Positions 11,448 through 23,900 of a DNA stretch of 64,000 bases are shown one piece after another; the stretch's first letter is position 1; each line of letters begins with the position of its first letter. Source of the DNA: Obrimoposthia wandeli (Eukaryota); contig CDROCS010002834.1 of the NCBI GenBank assembly GCA_977020255.1, positions 248,001-312,000 of the forward strand. The letters run 5' to 3'. The notes beneath the pieces were generated by a model. The model ran no database searches and was not told the DNA's origin. It worked only from the letters and a program-made list of their open reading frames with translations. The position numbers were made by a program, and so were the translations under genes.

Positions 11448-12266
11448 TTATCGCGGGTGCACACTAAAACGGGCGTGCTCAACCAACGGCATATTTGTTC
11501 TTATCGTTTGACTGAAATCTAAATCTATATCAGCCGTTAACACGCCAGTACCTTGTTGCTGACAGGCTAATACCTGCCCCCAAGGGTCAATAATCATTGA
11601 GTGCCCCCAGGTTTCTCGGCCTTGATTATGTTCACCCCATTGCGCGGCTGCAATTAACCAACATTGGGTTTCAATCGCTCGGGCCCGTAATAAGATATCC
11701 CAATGTGCTTTGCCTGTTACTTTCGTAAAAGCCGCGGGGACTACAATAATATCGGCGCCTTGTTCCCGTAATGCGGAATACATTTGAGGGAATCGCACAT
11801 CATAGCAGATCGATAACCCAATTTTACCAAAGGGTGTCTCTACTACTTTTATTTCGTTGCCAGATTGAAAAGTATCAGACTCGCGATAACTATGGTGTTT
11901 ATCTTCAATCTCTACATCAAACATATGCAGTTTATTATAGTGGGCAATACAGACACCTTGATCATCAAACAATAATGCTGTTGAAGTGATCTTGCCATCA
12001 GGTTGACTGATTGGCATCGATCCGATTAATAACCAAATGCCCAATTGTTTAGCAAAAGCAGCAAGTTCAGTTTGTAACGGACCATTGCCTAAGACTTCAG
12101 CATGGCGTTTATAATCACTGTTAGCACCAAAAACAAGTGTATTTTCAGGTGTCACGACTAAACGCGCACCTTGCAACTGTAACCCTTTTAGCTTCTTTTT
12201 TAGCTGACTAAGGTTGACCTCAGGATCAGGTCCTGAATTCATTTGCACTAAACCAATCTTTGTCAT
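11448..12266 (-). CDS. Carbon-nitrogen hydrolase (nitrilase superfamily, Nit1/deaminated-glutathione-amidase-like)
   Basis: E-K-C triad motifs TPEN, YNKLHMFDV, SICYDVRFP; conserved rng-yhdP-nit-tldD order. Confidence 0.88.
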   Translation of the reverse strand: MTKIGLVQMNSGPDPEVNLSQLKKKLKGLQLQGARLVVTPENTLVFGANSDYKRHAEVLGNGPLQTELAAFAKQLGIWLLIGSMPISQPDGKITSTALLFDDQGVCIAHYNKLHMFDVEIEDKHHSYRESDTFQSGNEIKVVETPFGKIGLSICYDVRFPQMYSALREQGADIIVVPAAFTKVTGKAHWDILLRARAIETQCWLIAAAQWGEHNQGRETWGHSMIIDPWGQVLACQQQGTGVLTADIDLDFSQTIRTNMPLVEHARFSVHPR

Positions 12267-12311
12267 AACTCACTCCCTGAAATTCTACTTTCTCTTTAGT
12301 TCGTCAATTTC

Positions 12312-15300
12312 TTATTTCTTATTATCGATTGACTCAGGAACGACGACCTCGCCTTTAAATCGAGAACGTTCGGTGACTGTTGGAGAATCCAATGGTCCCT
12401 TCACCAAGTAATTCACCTGAGTAAATACATCTAACACGGGTGACAATGCCGTTGAGATTGCAAACACATACAATGCGGTTTGAGGCGCAACAGCAAAGGC
12501 CGTTAACACTGGTATACCCGATGTAAAGTCGGGGGTAAACCTGACTTGAGCATTAACCGTTTCATTCACTAAGTTAGCAGAACCTTTAATGGTAAGATCG
12601 CCCGCTAACGCCTGCATTTTTATATTATCGCTATTAAATATCCCGTTCTCAATTTTTCCCGACCCTTTGATGTAATTAAAGGCTAAGCCATCATCAAATA
12701 CGCCAGAAAAATCGAGCTGCAGCTTTCTCATTATCGAATCTAGACTGAATAAACCCAGTAAACGACCCGCACCACCCACCCCACTAATGATGCCTTTGCC
12801 TGTTTCTGTTTTTATTTCACCTGTTAGAGTCTCTCTATGAATTGACCACGGCGAACCTTGCCATTGAATCGATGCATAACTGCTAAATGACGCGTCTTGA
12901 ATACCACCTGAAATACCAAAACGTCCCATTAAATCAGAGCTATTTTCACCTTCCACATCAAAAGCTATTTGGGTTTCATTTTGCTCACCGTCTAAGGTCC
13001 AGTGAGCATCAAGATTCAATGCTGTCGCCCCAGAATTCACCTGAAGGTTTTGCAGCACCAGCGTATTATTATCTTTGCGCAGTTTTCCTGATACTTTACC
13101 TAAGCTATAGCCTTGCAACCACATACTGTTCACCTGTAAATCTATATCAGGCATATTCGCCATCAAGGTTTTATCAAGTTCAGTGGCTTCTGGAATATCG
13201 CGCTGTGGTACGTACTTGGTTTTATCCTGTTTATCTTTTGATAATAGCTTGGGGAAATTGAAAAACACATTATCTAACGTTAACTTTAACGGGGTATTAT
13301 CAACCCAAACGGCGCTCCCTTTTAACTCTCGACTATCAAGAGTAAAGCCCCATTGACTCCGCTTTCTTTGTGCGTTAAATGTCAGATCATGCCAATCCAG
13401 TGATGCAAGAGTAAGTGTCTTTAATTGAATATCCAGCTGTGTCGGCATCGGTATTTGAGGCATGCCTTGCTTCTTGCCTTTTACTTCTGCCTGATCCAAA
13501 TCGCTCGTGATCTCGTTAATCAAATCAATCCATTGATCGCCATTAATACGATTACTATTCACTCGTACCTGATGCCCAAACAATGGCAAAGGCTTTAACT
13601 TTCCCTTCCCGATGCTTAAAAAGCTCTGTTTAATCACCGGGCGAGACTGAAGTAAGCTAATTTGCGCTTGGTATTTCGCATCAGGTACGATAATTTCCCC
13701 TGATAATGCTTCGCCATTACCAGTTATTTTTACGGTAGCAAGTTGCTTGGGAGACAACGCCCCCTCATAGGTTAACGGGTAAGGCAGATTACTGTTAATA
13801 CGTGAAAGTGGGGCTTGTAAGTCCACCTTATAATTAAAGCCCGTATCGTACAGGTTCACACCCACGACACCTTGCCACTGAGTCTGTCCTGATACGTGAT
13901 TCAATAATGGATCATTGAGTTGCTGCTGAAGTTTACTGATTTGCCAATTACCATCAAGGTCAATGTCGACGGTATAGCCCGTATCAACACTCTTACCATT
14001 AAAACCAACGTTGATCGGCTGTTCGAGTAATAAACCTTTTAAGTCAGTGGCTTTAATCACATCATTATCAAAACTTAATTGTCCATTAACGTTTGCTAGC
14101 TGTATGGCAGGGGTTTCAATCGCAATTTGATTATCTTTAAAGTCTGCAGTGCCCCAAGCTCTCACATCAGTGCCATCGAAGGGAATATCAAGCTTAAAGC
14201 GAGAGGTAACAGGACCACTCACTTTTACCGTGGTTAATGCTGCGCCAACAGAATCGACTAATGGCGTCGCCAACATATAGTCACGTACAGCATCCCCTTG
14301 TGCAGCAACATCCACCGTCAACTTTAAATGTCCATTAGGGCTGAGTTCAGATGCTCCCGTGACACGAGAAGCTGTTGCCCCCATAGTGATCGCATGGCGC
14401 GAATCGAGGTACATAAAGTCATTTTCAAACAATAAATCTAATTGTAGATCAGTTAATATCGGCCAAGTGGTATCAAAGCTAAACTTGGCCTTTTTCAGTG
14501 GCACCTTTGCTTGAAATATACCCTCATGGTTTTGATAAGGAAAATCAGAAAGCTCACCATACCAAAGCAACTGAGCAGCATCCGCCTTACCACCACGAAT
14601 CGCCGCAGAGAGGTAATCCGTTAAATCATGTCCCAATGCTAATGTGGGTAAATAACGCCACGTCTCTCCGGCATTATTGAGCGAAGCTTCACCATAAAAT
14701 GATAGCCACGCAGGCTTTTCTGCAGGAAAATCTAAACGAAACTCACCATCTACTTTTAAGTGAGGAGTCGCAACATGCAGCTTGTCACTCCATAATCGCC
14801 AACCTTGATCGTTTACCTGCCAATAAGCGGTTACATCCGCATTATCAATCTTTAAGGGGGCTTGAAAAACCTCACCATAAGGCAATGCATCATCTTTCAG
14901 TTTTAGAACTGCTTTACCTGATGCTAAATCGCCGGAAATATCAGCATCTAACTTACTGATGCCCGGTAAAAGCTCCCATTGCTGCATACCAAAGTGTTTT
15001 AGTTTTGCAGAAAAACGAGGTGACTCTTCACCAGTACTGGCAACGCGAATATCGGTTAAATTTCCCGTAGGTTTTAACGTATTCAACATAGATACAGCGC
15101 TGTTATCTGCAGGAAAGAAGCTAGTCAAAGACTGTAAGCGTTCAATATCGAGACTATTTATAGCCAACATCCACTTTTCAGGCTGCCATTGAGCGACAAC
15201 ATCTAAATCGGGCCATTGCGTGTTATCTGTTTGAATTTTTAGGCCATCACTATCAACTCGCCAAGCCGTTACATCATCGGTTAACGTCGTTGGTGTTAAA

Positions 15301-16205
15301 GCGACAACACCTTGTTGGATCTGAATGCTATGTCGTTGCTCAGCTCTTTTCCATTCAACCTTACTATTTTCAATTTGAACGCGACTATTGGTTATTTCAC
15401 CATCGAATAAATCTAACCACACCTCAAAGCCGATATCACTGCTTGTAATTTCGGTGCCTTTTGTTAACTGTTTATTCAGCCACGGCGTTATCGACAAGTT
15501 CTGAGCTTGCGCGTAAATATGTCCCGATAAACTCGGTAGATCGCCTTTCTCAGATAAATTAGCAATAACTTTAAGTTGACTAAGATGCGTATCAGCAATG
15601 CTAACGACACCTTCAGCAAGGTGTTTACCATTAACATTTACCCATTTCAATTCGCTGATATCTATCTGCTTTTTTTCACCAGCAGGGGTTAACAACGACA
15701 CTTTTGAATCTGTTAAAGAAAAATCACCAAGACGAATAAAAAATAAGCGCTCTAATTTCTGAACGGCAGTCGTGGGTTGTTTTGATGTGACGTTTTGAGA
15801 AGAACTCGCGTAAAGGTCAAAATCAGGGATTTGTGTTAAGTCGATATCGAGTTGATTAATATTAATGTTTTTAAATATTGGACGAAAATGCAAGGCTGAT
15901 TGCCAAATATCAAGCTGCATATCAATTGAATCAACCGAAGCCAATGATCCTGAATTATCGCTTGCTGCAATATCAATACCTTGCAGCATTAACGACGGAC
16001 CAATACTGCGCCAGTGCCCTTCAACACTGTCAATTTGCAGGCTCATATCGGCCTGCTCAGATGCCCATTGACGGATCGGCTCACGGAATTCGTTTAGCTG
16101 AGGAAGAAAAAGACGCAGACCACTAATAGCAATAGCGGCCAGCACCAACAATGTCAGTACTAGCCACATTAATCCACGTACCAGACGAACTGGAACTGTT
16201 GTCAC
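12312..16205 (-). CDS. yhdP: AsmA-like phospholipid transport protein YhdP
   Basis: 1297 aa, N-terminal TM anchor, C-terminal GRLLGLFSLDS..RKLQLDFS..Y.VKGPLDSP; GTG start; between rng and nit. Confidence 0.92.
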   Translation of the reverse strand: MTTVPVRLVRGLMWLVLTLLVLAAIAISGLRLFLPQLNEFREPIRQWASEQADMSLQIDSVEGHWRSIGPSLMLQGIDIAASDNSGSLASVDSIDMQLDIWQSALHFRPIFKNININQLDIDLTQIPDFDLYASSSQNVTSKQPTTAVQKLERLFFIRLGDFSLTDSKVSLLTPAGEKKQIDISELKWVNVNGKHLAEGVVSIADTHLSQLKVIANLSEKGDLPSLSGHIYAQAQNLSITPWLNKQLTKGTEITSSDIGFEVWLDLFDGEITNSRVQIENSKVEWKRAEQRHSIQIQQGVVALTPTTLTDDVTAWRVDSDGLKIQTDNTQWPDLDVVAQWQPEKWMLAINSLDIERLQSLTSFFPADNSAVSMLNTLKPTGNLTDIRVASTGEESPRFSAKLKHFGMQQWELLPGISKLDADISGDLASGKAVLKLKDDALPYGEVFQAPLKIDNADVTAYWQVNDQGWRLWSDKLHVATPHLKVDGEFRLDFPAEKPAWLSFYGEASLNNAGETWRYLPTLALGHDLTDYLSAAIRGGKADAAQLLWYGELSDFPYQNHEGIFQAKVPLKKAKFSFDTTWPILTDLQLDLLFENDFMYLDSRHAITMGATASRVTGASELSPNGHLKLTVDVAAQGDAVRDYMLATPLVDSVGAALTTVKVSGPVTSRFKLDIPFDGTDVRAWGTADFKDNQIAIETPAIQLANVNGQLSFDNDVIKATDLKGLLLEQPINVGFNGKSVDTGYTVDIDLDGNWQISKLQQQLNDPLLNHVSGQTQWQGVVGVNLYDTGFNYKVDLQAPLSRINSNLPYPLTYEGALSPKQLATVKITGNGEALSGEIIVPDAKYQAQISLLQSRPVIKQSFLSIGKGKLKPLPLFGHQVRVNSNRINGDQWIDLINEITSDLDQAEVKGKKQGMPQIPMPTQLDIQLKTLTLASLDWHDLTFNAQRKRSQWGFTLDSRELKGSAVWVDNTPLKLTLDNVFFNFPKLLSKDKQDKTKYVPQRDIPEATELDKTLMANMPDIDLQVNSMWLQGYSLGKVSGKLRKDNNTLVLQNLQVNSGATALNLDAHWTLDGEQNETQIAFDVEGENSSDLMGRFGISGGIQDASFSSYASIQWQGSPWSIHRETLTGEIKTETGKGIISGVGGAGRLLGLFSLDSIMRKLQLDFSGVFDDGLAFNYIKGSGKIENGIFNSDNIKMQALAGDLTIKGSANLVNETVNAQVRFTPDFTSGIPVLTAFAVAPQTALYVFAISTALSPVLDVFTQVNYLVKGPLDSPTVTERSRFKGEVVVPESIDNKK

Positions 16206-16225
16206 TCGATAACCTCTACAATCAA

Positions 16226-17695
16226 TTACATCATCACTACATCAAACTGTTCTTGGATATAAAGCGGCTCAGGTTTCACTTTTACCTGCTTACCAATAAA
16301 GACTTCCAATTCAGCCAATGCATGATACTCATCACCCGCCAGCACATCGCCAACCGCTGGTGACACATAAACCACAAAACGATCGGCATCATAAGCGCGA
16401 TTCACTCGCGTAATTTCACGCAAAATCTCATAACACACGCTTTCAACCGTTTTAACGGTGCCGCGCCCTTCACAAGTAGGACAAGTGCCACACAGTACAT
16501 GTTCAATACTTTCACGAGTGCGTTTACGCGTCATCTCTACTAAGCCTAGCTGAGTAAAACCATTGATATTGGTTTTAACCCGATCAAACGATAGAGCTTG
16601 CTCTAATGTTGCGAGAACTCGGCGTTGGTGATCTTCAATCGCCATATCAATAAAATCGATAATGATAATGCCACCAAGATTACGTAAGCGTAATTGACGG
16701 GCAATGGCTTTTGTTGCTTCGATGTTAGTGTTGAAAATAGTTTCTTCTAGGTTACGACGGCCCACAAAGGCACCGGTATTAATATCAACCGTCGTCATCG
16801 CTTCGGTCTGATCGATAATCAGGTAACCACCAGACTTTAATTCAACTTTACGATCCAGCGAACGCTGAATCTCATTCTCTGTATCAAACAAGTCAAAAAT
16901 TGGCTGCTCACCGGCATAGTAGTCAATTTTATCATTCACTTCAGGAACAAACTCTTCAGTGAACTCTTTCAATTTTTCAAAGCCAAGACGAGAGTCGACC
17001 TGAATACGATCTAATTCTGTGCCCACGAAATCACGCAAAATACGTTGTGCTAAACCCAGCTCACCATACAGCATCGATTTCGGCTTCAGCTTGATACGGC
17101 GTTCGATAACTTTACGCCATAGATGCTTAAGGAATGCAGCATCTTGCCCTAGTTCATCTTCGCTCGCACCTTCTGCTGCGGTACGAATAATAAAACCACC
17201 AAGATCGTCACAGTGATATTTAACAATCTTTTTTAAACGTTCACGCTCTTCTTCGCTTTCAATGCGTTGCGACACACCAACGTGGCTTGCCCCCGGCATG
17301 AAGACTAAATAACGAGAAGGTAATGTAACGTCAGTCGTTAGACGCGCACCTTTCGTACCAAGAGGATCTTTAATTACCTGAACAACAATATCTTGCCCTT
17401 GGCGAACCAGCTCTGAAATATCCAAAACTTGGAATTGTTTTTTCTCGTTTTCAGCAACACATTCTGTATGAGGAACAATATCTGATGCGTGTAAAAATGC
17501 CGCTTTATCTAAACCAATATCCACGAATGCAGCTTGCATACCGGGTAAAACACGGCTTACTCGACCTTTGTAGATATTACCGACAATGCCACGTTTTGAT
17601 TCACGTTCAATATGAACTTCTTGTAGGTTTCCGCTTTCAATCATTGCAACGCGAGTTTCACTTGGCGTCACATTTACTAGCAGCTCAATGCTCAT
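16226..17695 (-). CDS. rng: Ribonuclease G
   Basis: S1 domain VGNIYKGRVSRVLPGMQAAFVDIG; DVNTG-type catalytic DINTG; RNLGGIIIIDFIDM. Confidence 0.97.
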   Translation of the reverse strand: MSIELLVNVTPSETRVAMIESGNLQEVHIERESKRGIVGNIYKGRVSRVLPGMQAAFVDIGLDKAAFLHASDIVPHTECVAENEKKQFQVLDISELVRQGQDIVVQVIKDPLGTKGARLTTDVTLPSRYLVFMPGASHVGVSQRIESEEERERLKKIVKYHCDDLGGFIIRTAAEGASEDELGQDAAFLKHLWRKVIERRIKLKPKSMLYGELGLAQRILRDFVGTELDRIQVDSRLGFEKLKEFTEEFVPEVNDKIDYYAGEQPIFDLFDTENEIQRSLDRKVELKSGGYLIIDQTEAMTTVDINTGAFVGRRNLEETIFNTNIEATKAIARQLRLRNLGGIIIIDFIDMAIEDHQRRVLATLEQALSFDRVKTNINGFTQLGLVEMTRKRTRESIEHVLCGTCPTCEGRGTVKTVESVCYEILREITRVNRAYDADRFVVYVSPAVGDVLAGDEYHALAELEVFIGKQVKVKPEPLYIQEQFDVVMM

Positions 17696-17707
17696 GGTTG
17701 CCTCAAC

Positions 17708-18298
17708 TTATAAATTTAAAAAATTCTGAACCATGACGTCGGTTTCCACTAAAGGTAGCCCCATCACAGCATAATAACTGCCCTCAATGCGCGTGATAAA
17801 TTTGCCACCCAGCCCCTGAATGCCGTAGCTACCAGCTTTATCTTGTGGTTCACCACTTTGCCAATATTTTTCTATTTCGTTTTCTGACAAGGTCTTAAAC
17901 CAAACATCGGTAACCACTAACTGGGTTTCTTCACGTTCTGCTGTTGCTACCGTAACAGATGTCATCACTTGGTGTTGACGACCTGATAGTAGTTTCAACA
18001 TACGCTGCGCATCACTAAAATCTTTCGGCTTTTCTAAAATCGTTTCATCAACCACAACAATGGTATCGGCCCCTAAAACAGGTATTGTTTCTACCGCTGC
18101 TTTAGTGGCATTAATTACCATAACACCCGCAGCCGCTTTATCTCGCGATAATCGCTGAACATACTGTTCTGCCGTTTCACTAGGCTGATGACACTCTTCG
18201 ACATCGACCACCACACGTTCAAATTGGTAGCCTAATTGTGTTAATAATTCTTGGCGTCGAGGCGAGCCTGATGCGAGATAAAGTTGTACTGCTGACAT
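17708..18298 (-). CDS. maf: Maf-family nucleoside triphosphate pyrophosphatase (YhdE type)
   Basis: LASGSPRRQELL, GADTIVV, EPQDKAGSYGIQG, VMGLPL. Confidence 0.94.
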   Translation of the reverse strand: MSAVQLYLASGSPRRQELLTQLGYQFERVVVDVEECHQPSETAEQYVQRLSRDKAAAGVMVINATKAAVETIPVLGADTIVVVDETILEKPKDFSDAQRMLKLLSGRQHQVMTSVTVATAEREETQLVVTDVWFKTLSENEIEKYWQSGEPQDKAGSYGIQGLGGKFITRIEGSYYAVMGLPLVETDVMVQNFLNL

Positions 18299-18344
18299 AA
18301 CGACTCTTTAAATATTGATGTTCGGTACATAACCAAACTACATG

Positions 18345-18376
18345 AAACAAAAAGGGAGCAAAAACACGCTCCCCTT
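18345..18376 (-). terminator. Possible intrinsic terminator after mreD
   Basis: Minus strand aaggggagc-gtgttttt-gctccctt followed by a T-rich run. Confidence 0.5.
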
Positions 18377-18403
18377 CCGTCATTGTCTAATAATAATGTA
18401 ACA

Positions 18404-18892
18404 CTATCGAATAGAAAACTTACGACGAACACGACGTAATAATAAAAATAACCATGGCCACAACAAGAAGTTAAGCAAAATAGCCCATAATTGTTGAGGG
18501 TCAAAGGTAATTTCTGACACTAAATACTCAGCCCAGAATTCAACCAGTTTACCCACTAATGTGAGTACGGCGATAATCACGGCTTGCTGCCACAATGATA
18601 AATTCCGTAGCACTTGGAAATTTAAAGCAATGATGTAACACAGCACTGACATCATCAGCCCGCGTACACCAAGCGTTGAACCTAGCATTAGATCCCACAG
18701 TAACCCGACAATCAGTGCCGAACCAACGTTAACACGGTGTGGTAATGCCAATACCCAATAACACGTAATCAATAACACCCATGAAGGGCGAAATGATTCC
18801 AGTACTCCAGGCCACGGCGCCGCTTGAAGAATCAATGCAAAAATAAATGAAAGCCAAATTAGCATACGGCCATTAGGTCGACTACTCGCCAC
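18404..18892 (-). CDS. mreD: Rod shape-determining protein MreD
   Basis: RPSWVLLITCYWVLALPHRVNVG..DLMLGSTLGVRG. Confidence 0.95.
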   Translation of the reverse strand: MASSRPNGRMLIWLSFIFALILQAAPWPGVLESFRPSWVLLITCYWVLALPHRVNVGSALIVGLLWDLMLGSTLGVRGLMMSVLCYIIALNFQVLRNLSLWQQAVIIAVLTLVGKLVEFWAEYLVSEITFDPQQLWAILLNFLLWPWLFLLLRRVRRKFSIR

Positions 18893-19742
18893 TTGTCGGT
18901 ACCTCTTCTTGCATATTTTCTCGTTCGGTTGGCCATACTAATAACAAGTAACGCAAGCGATCAAATTGTACCGTTGGACGGGCTTTAATCTGCGCAAATG
19001 GACGTTTGTTATCAAATGAAAACTCGGTGACATAAGCGACCGGATACCCTTCAGGATAACGCCCACCAAGCCCCGATGAAACCAACAAATCACCCACTTC
19101 AATATCAGTACTGCTTGGTACGTGCTCAAGCTGCATTAAATCACTCTGACCACTGCCTGATGCGATCACTCGGATATCATTTCGTACAACCTGAATCGGA
19201 ATGGCATGCGTTGGATCGATCAATAGTAATACACGGCTATTATGGGCACCAACATACGATATTTGACCCACGATACCTTTTTCATTGATCACAGGCTGAC
19301 CTTCATAAACACCGTCAATGCGGCCTTTATCGATCATTACCTGATGGCTATACGGATCGGAATCTACTGCCATCACCTCGGCAATCATCTTACGCTCATC
19401 ACGAACGAAAGGTGAACCTAATAGCTCTCTTAAACGCTGGTTTTCTTGCTTTAACTGATCGAGCAATAATACTTCGCTTTGCATAACCAGAACATCACGC
19501 TTCAGTGCTTTATTTTCTGTCAAAACACGCTGATGTGAACTCAACTGACCCGATATACCATCTAACATTTCTCGCGGTAAGTTAGCGGCGTATTGAAGGG
19601 GAGCAATTGCTGAGTTCAGCAGATAGCGTACGTTTGCAAAGGCATCAAGGCGACTGTCGGCCAGCATAAGGCTAGCCGACAGTAATATGGCAAGAAACAG
19701 GCGTAATTGCAGAGAAGGACCTCTGCCAAATATAGGTTTCAT
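18882..19742 (-). CDS. mreC: Rod shape-determining protein MreC
   Basis: MKPIFGRGPSLQLRL, coiled coil, SSGLGGRYPEGYPVA. Confidence 0.96.
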   Translation of the reverse strand: MKPIFGRGPSLQLRLFLAILLSASLMLADSRLDAFANVRYLLNSAIAPLQYAANLPREMLDGISGQLSSHQRVLTENKALKRDVLVMQSEVLLLDQLKQENQRLRELLGSPFVRDERKMIAEVMAVDSDPYSHQVMIDKGRIDGVYEGQPVINEKGIVGQISYVGAHNSRVLLLIDPTHAIPIQVVRNDIRVIASGSGQSDLMQLEHVPSSTDIEVGDLLVSSGLGGRYPEGYPVAYVTEFSFDNKRPFAQIKARPTVQFDRLRYLLLVWPTERENMQEEVPTSGE

Positions 19743-19782
19743 GTAACGCTATAACCTGTTTTGTCGATTGCTTGGGGTCGCA

Positions 19783-20835
<1,053 letters not shown>

Positions 20836-20940
20836 CTAATCCTGCAAGCTCGAAATTCTTTAAATTGCGCTAAATGTACCAAGGGGCAGTGATCGAGACA
20901 AGGTATCGTTTGTCAAACCTGCCACAGATCTGCATTTAAT

Positions 20941-23900
20941 TTAGTTAAGCAGCTGATTCATACCTTTTTCGCCCCGATAAATAATTCTATCGTTTCCACG
21001 ATAGACACCAAAGGTGACGACAGCTGATGGATTTTCATCGCCCAACCCACGCCAATTGTAGAGCAGCCAAGGTTGCGGGCTACTACCAACATTGTCGCTT
21101 TTACAATTAATAGTCTGATCCTTACCATCAACTTTTTTAGGTGTGACATTAACAAGCTTCTGCCAGAAACGGACTTGCTCGCGATACCCTTCAACCGAAC
21201 TGCCCCCTCTTTTATGAGGAACAACAACAAACTGACCGGACTGGGTATCACCACCGATAATATTTCCATTACCTTGAGTATAAGAGTTGCTGCTCTCTCC
21301 CGGTTTGAGCTTGTCCGCCGAGTTGGCGATGATCTGCTTACAAGAGTGTTGACCATCATACTCTGATACTGAGTCATCAATGTTTGTTATAAACGCGCTA
21401 CCATTCCAGTACTCGACCCGCAGAGGAATTGTGATATTGCTGTTGCTACGTCCAGCGGCGTCTTCCATCATCATACGGCCATAGCGGATGTCAGGTTTTG
21501 AACTCCAAACCTGACCGATAAGGGTGTCACTAATCTCAACCTGTTTCAGCTTATCCTCGCCATTATAACGGGTGTAGTCCCAGTCCAACGGATCCGGTTT
21601 GGTTTTAATAAACAGCCCCATTCGGGTGTTACCTGAGTCGAAAGGCCCATCTTCGCTGCTATATCGAGGTTCACTACCTCGATTAGTATTTTTATCGTAA
21701 TGACGAACAAAGGTGAAGTTCGAATCAGTAATATTCATTCGAGCAGTATCGGACTGATTGCTTCCTCCTTTATTCCAAGCTCCGCCCGACCACACCCAAG
21801 TATATGGCGCACCCTTTATAGAAAAGTATTCCACTCGGTTGGCCTGAGTATTCACTACGGTTTCCGCTTTAGTGCTATCAGCCACCATAAGCTCAAGGCT
21901 CGCTCTGAGATCACCAGCAAACAATCCGTAGTTTTTAGTTGGCCGTTTATCTGCGTTTTGAGCCTCAACGGTAAAGTCAAACGTGAAATCCTGCCCCATA
22001 TAAGCAAAGCCTGTCTGCCCTGATGGATAAGTAAGATTATCAGCGATAAGTTTTAGATACTTTGGATAAAAACGCCCTACAGGACGATAACCCATATTGA
22101 TATCCATTCCTAAATAGCTGACTTGTGTATCGCCCTGTAGCAAGATGCTTCCTACTTCATCCCAACTAACAGAAAACGCTGAATCTTTAATTTGCATATT
22201 ATCCAACGGCAAGCTGGTTAAGTTTCCGCTGACAGAGCCAGTTTGGGTCGGCGAGTGCGGTTTAACCCCATCACCACTAGGAATGCTCAGTACCACAGAC
22301 GTTTTAGGGGCATCATTTTTATAAAAGTTAGCCGTTTCCTGTCGATAACACATTGCCGAACTATCGACTGCTTGAGTGGCATTCAAGCCATTGCTAATAT
22401 CATTATTAGCAGCATCTGAATCTAGCCAGATAATGGGCTTAGCTTTTAATCCGAATGATTCACCCGAAGCAATAAACGCACGACCACCTTCTGAAGTTCC
22501 AGTGGCACTTTCTATATACGGTGTGGTCGCATTACACAAAGCAAAAGTGTAAGGCCTCGACCATATTGATTGCTTCCCTTCAAGTCGGGTCCAGTCGCCG
22601 ATGTCATACTGTGATAACGTTTTGCTCTCGGGCAATATTTCACAACCTTCCGCGAGGCTACACAGAGGGTCATAGATAGTTAATGCTGTCTTGCCAGCAT
22701 CTAAATACCTTAACTCAGCAGTTGCTACCCCTTGATCAAAATCCAGTTCAATCTCATCATTCAACCAGTTCTTTTTTGCAGAAGAAGCTCGAAGTTCGAT
22801 CTTTTGATTACCAGTATTAGGGGCATTATAGGTTGTATTGAATTTTAGCTTTCGCTTGCCATCATACCCAACCGAGACTTCATCACTGTTATCTGTTTTA
22901 CACGCCTTTGCTTTAATGCTGATACCGACAGGCTTACCCGCGACGACTGGTAGATAACTATTTGTAATTTCTAATTTAAACGGCACAAATCCATATTGGC
23001 CTACCGCTACCTGACGACTATCCGTCGATAAGGTACCAGTTGCTGTAATCGTACCCACCACATCACTTTTCAGCCAAAGCGTCACCTTACCATTACTATC
23101 GGTATTGAAAGCATGACTAAGGCTGACATCTAATTTACGGTCTTCGCCACCTTTCTCACTGAGATACCAAAAAGCCTTATTAGCCGTTGATAACGAACTC
23201 GTGACACTAACCTGACCATTGTAATTCCCTGTGGCCGCACCGTTTACATCTTGAACTTGAAATTCAACAGGCTGACGATCGCAAGTGAGGGATAAGTCTT
23301 GCTCTGGAGTTACTATAATCTGGTAGTCTTGCTCGGGAGGGGCAAAACAAATACTGCTACCGCGAATATTACTGGTAGAGTTCATTACTAAGTTTTTAGC
23401 CGTTACTGCTCCAACAATTGTGGCTGGCATCTGTAAAATATCGTCTTTATAATCAAATTTAGAATCAAGGGTTACTTTATTTTCAGAATAGACAAGCCCA
23501 TTAAACTGAGTCATCCCTGTCAGGTGAATATTGGCATTCCCCCCTACGCCAAGAAGCAAGAAATCATCAGTATTCCCAACATGGTTAATTTCAGAATTAG
23601 TATTCGTTTGCAGGTTTTCGACATAGAGTGTGACTTTATCACCTTGTTTAATTTCAAGAGTTGCTGAACCATTCAATGTTAATCGACGAACCCAGTACTC
23701 ACCTTCAGAAAAAATTATTTTCGTCGTGCTACCAGCCTCTATCGAAGTATATTTACCCGGTTCAATAGTATGCGTTGCTCCATCATATAAGCTTTCACTT
23801 CCACCGCCGCCAGGGAAGCTTGGCAAGTCCATTGGCGGAACGATCAGAGAAGAATCTAACTGACATTCCCATGCCTTATTGACTGTTCGGCAAGATTTTA